Positions 59,381-64,000 of a DNA stretch of 64,000 nucleotides are shown here, piece by piece (the first letter of the stretch is position 1; every line of letters starts with the position of its first letter). The position numbers and the translations under genes were made by a program. The stretch is from Chitinophaga pinensis (lineage in GTDB: Bacteria > Bacteroidota > Bacteroidia > UKL13-3), in NCBI GenBank assembly GCA_945860865.1, contig CAMARW010000005.1:4364-68363 (forward strand), given 5' to 3'. The notes under the pieces are model-generated. The model made no database searches and was not told the DNA's origin. It saw nothing but the letters and a program-made list of their open reading frames with translations.

Positions 59381-59964
59381 GGATATTTTATCTGTACGAT
59401 GATTTCATTTTTTCTCCCAACAAATTGATAGGGGGCATTGTAACCCAAAAAGCGAAAATTTCCTTCATATTCAATGCCGTTTTCTTTTAAACTACTTTCT
59501 AATTTTTTAGCATAGGCTTTTATGCTCGTATCATCTGCATATCCGCTAAAGGTAATGGCTGCAACATATTCTTCTTTTGTAACAATTATGTTTACAGAAG
59601 TATCATTGGGCTTGGGTAGATTATTTTTCATGTAATCTGCTGGCATTACAAAACTCATAGAAGATTTTGATTCGTTTATATCCATATGAACCGGCGTGGT
59701 CATGGCAATTTTTGTATTAGAAGCATTGCCTCCAAAAATATAGCCAGCCAATTTTCTAAATCCGGGTGAAGCTAATTCTTTGTAGCTTTTGGCATTCATA
59801 CTTACGGTTGCCATAGTGGCTGCTGGGTAAAGGCGTATTTCAAAATCTTTTACAGTTTTAATTACCTTGTAATTTTGTGTTTCGGTTTGGGCCATAATTA
59901 AAAAGGTTTGAGATAAGAAAACTAAAACAGTAAGTAGGGCTATGATTACCAAAGATTTTTTCAT
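59377..59964 (-). CDS. SOUL heme-binding family protein
   Basis: FEIRLYP, GFRKLAGYIFGGN, IAMTTPV, MSFVMP, YNAP..RKNEI. Confidence 0.92.
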   Translation of the reverse strand: MKKSLVIIALLTVLVFLSQTFLIMAQTETQNYKVIKTVKDFEIRLYPAATMATVSMNAKSYKELASPGFRKLAGYIFGGNASNTKIAMTTPVHMDINESKSSMSFVMPADYMKNNLPKPNDTSVNIIVTKEEYVAAITFSGYADDTSIKAYAKKLESSLKENGIEYEGNFRFLGYNAPYQFVGRKNEIIVQIKYP

Positions 59965-60441
59965 TTTGAGGATATTAATAAAGGTATATTATTTAAACAC
60001 TTTTTAGTATAAAGTGTTTAGAATCTTTTAAATATATTTTGATTTTTCTGCCGGCAACGATTAATTTTCATCGATTATTTCACTATTTCTGTAACTTACT
60101 TCTCTTCATTTTAGTTTTTGAAAAGTTATTTTTTTTAAAACTTTCATTTTAAACTAAATTCAAGGATGAGGACATTCGTAAGTATCAGAAAAATATTTGC
60201 TACCGCTGTAATGAAACCGAAAATGTGTATTTGAAGATATTTTGCATTGTATGATAGATTATGTTTTGAATACATTGTTTCAACCATTCAAAGATCTAAT
60301 CTTACAGATTTTAAAGTATTATACTTTTTGTCTTAATTTTTACATCTTTCTCACTATTTAATTATATGGCTGATGCAAGTTAATTGTACACCCATTTTAC
60401 CTATTTTAAACTATCGCTTCTGCGTGTTTTCAGAAATGTAT

Positions 60442-60473
60442 TTTCGAATTTCGCGTTTAGAATTTGGAATTTC
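60442..60473. repeat. Heptamer tandem repeat just downstream of mnmE
   Basis: TTTCGAA TTTCGCG TTTAGAA TTTGGAA TTTC. Confidence 0.7.
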
Positions 60474-60481
60474 TTCTTAAA

Positions 60482-61858
60482 CTACTTTCCAATACAAAAC
60501 TTACTAAAGATATTCTCTAACAAATCATCTGTTGATACTTCGCCAATAATTTCGGAGAGGTGGAAAATGGCTTTGCGGATATCAAACGCCAGTAATTCGC
60601 CACTGCGGCCAATTGCCATACTTTCTAGCACCTGTTGTAAAGATTCTCCCGCCAATAATAGGCCCTGATAATGTCTGATGTTTGAAATAATAACATCGTT
60701 CTTTATTTGATCTTTGTTCAATACTTGCTTTAACCTTGATTCTAGTAAATTCATGCCAATCTGTTCTTTACTAGATAGGTATATGATATCGGTTCGGCCC
60801 GAAAATTTTTGTTTAATTTCTAACTCATGCACCAAATCTATTTTATTACCAATGGGTATCAATACTAAATCCATTTGGGCCATGGTAGCGGTTTCTTGTT
60901 CTAATGCTGCTGCGCTTGTTTCGTGCACATCAAACACATATAAAACAATACTGGCTTGCCTTATTTTTTCATGTGTTTTTTCAATTCCAATGCTTTCAAT
61001 GCTATCACTGGTATGCTCTCTAATGCCGGCAGTATCTATTAGTCTAAACTGAATGCCATCAATGATAAACGACTCTTCAATGGTATCGCGGGTGGTGCCT
61101 GCAATGGCACTAACAATGGCCCTGTCTTCTTTTACCAAGGCGTTTAACAAGGTAGATTTACCCGCATTGGGCTTGCCGGCAATTACCGTTGGAATGCCGT
61201 TTTTAATGGCATTACCAACCTTAAAGGTTTCTGTTAATCCATGTATTAAACGAACCATGTTCTGAACCAAATCTTTTAACTCGGGTCTACTGGCAAATTC
61301 CACATCTTCCTCGCTAAAATCTAGCTCTAATTCTATTAAGGAAGCAAAGTTTACCAGGCGTTCTTTTAAACCAGCAATCTCTTTGCTAAAGCCACCGCGC
61401 ATTTGGTTCATGGCGGTTTTGTGACTCATTTCAGAGTGAGAGGCAATCACATCTGCCACCGCTTCTGCCTGCGATAAGTCTAATTTTTTATTGAGAAAGG
61501 CACGCATGGTAAACTCACCAGGCTGCGCAAGTCGGGCTCCTGTCTGAACCAAAATATGCAAAATACGTTGTTGAATATAAGGAGAACCATGACAAGATAT
61601 TTCAATACTGTTTTCCCCCGTATAGCTTTTTGTGCCTTTAAATACACTTACTAATACCTCATCTACTAAATCGGCACCATCCATTATCTTACCAAAATGA
61701 AGCGTATGTGTGGGTACCTCCAATAAATTTTTACCCTTAAAGATAGTGTTTACTATTTGTATAGATTGCTCACCACTTACCCGTATTACGCCAATAGCAC
61801 CAACCCCGGCAGGTGTTGCCAAGGCACAAATGGTCTCGTCTAATTGAATTTTGTTCAT
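60482..61858 (-). CDS. mnmE: tRNA modification GTPase MnmE
   Basis: SYTGE, GEFTMRAFLN, GKPNAGKSTL, GTTRD, DTAGIR, IFSKFCIGK; ATG 61858. Confidence 0.97.
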   Translation of the reverse strand: MNKIQLDETICALATPAGVGAIGVIRVSGEQSIQIVNTIFKGKNLLEVPTHTLHFGKIMDGADLVDEVLVSVFKGTKSYTGENSIEISCHGSPYIQQRILHILVQTGARLAQPGEFTMRAFLNKKLDLSQAEAVADVIASHSEMSHKTAMNQMRGGFSKEIAGLKERLVNFASLIELELDFSEEDVEFASRPELKDLVQNMVRLIHGLTETFKVGNAIKNGIPTVIAGKPNAGKSTLLNALVKEDRAIVSAIAGTTRDTIEESFIIDGIQFRLIDTAGIREHTSDSIESIGIEKTHEKIRQASIVLYVFDVHETSAAALEQETATMAQMDLVLIPIGNKIDLVHELEIKQKFSGRTDIIYLSSKEQIGMNLLESRLKQVLNKDQIKNDVIISNIRHYQGLLLAGESLQQVLESMAIGRSGELLAFDIRKAIFHLSEIIGEVSTDDLLENIFSKFCIGK

Positions 61859-61980
61859 GATTTCGATTTCAAATATAATTAATTCGTATTGGGAATTTTG
61901 GGTATTCATTTATGGCGGGAAATTGGGCGCGCCCAATATTACGCGTTTTGTTCGCATCACGATTTCTTCCTAATGTAATT

Positions 61981-64000
<2,020 letters not shown>

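Overview
AT-rich window of a Bacteroidota (Bacteroidetes) chromosome, judged from TAnnTTTG -7 promoter boxes, porX, gldC, fused lpxC/fabZ and a short NuoG. It is mostly core genome: serC-serA-DUF1015-mazG, a complete nuoA-N operon, exbB-exbD-exbD-tonB plus a PstS-like lipoprotein and a TPR protein, trmD-rplS, valS, mpl, a GH92 mannosidase, porX/HD, lipid A genes, gldC-merR-M23, alaS, kynA, mnmE and ligA. The accessory block at about 52.3-60.4 kb holds an operon with three different photolyase/cryptochrome proteins (one domain-inverted, one apparently lacking Fe-S cysteines) plus TIGR03643 and DUF2256. I saw no rRNA, tRNA, CRISPR array, transposase or integrase. The least explained signals are at nucleotide level: (i) an apparently over-represented, orientation-neutral word TWGGTTCAGGCC (core GGTTCA/TGAACC) found in several reading frames and as an inverted pair in a hairpin; (ii) inverted arrays of 7-nt repeats (AGTCCAT family) between genes, plus a 7-nt periodic stretch inside valS; (iii) REP-like GGGCGGA-N6-TCCGCCC palindromes that supply the stop codons of two genes. 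All calls come from reading the sequence; no searches were run.
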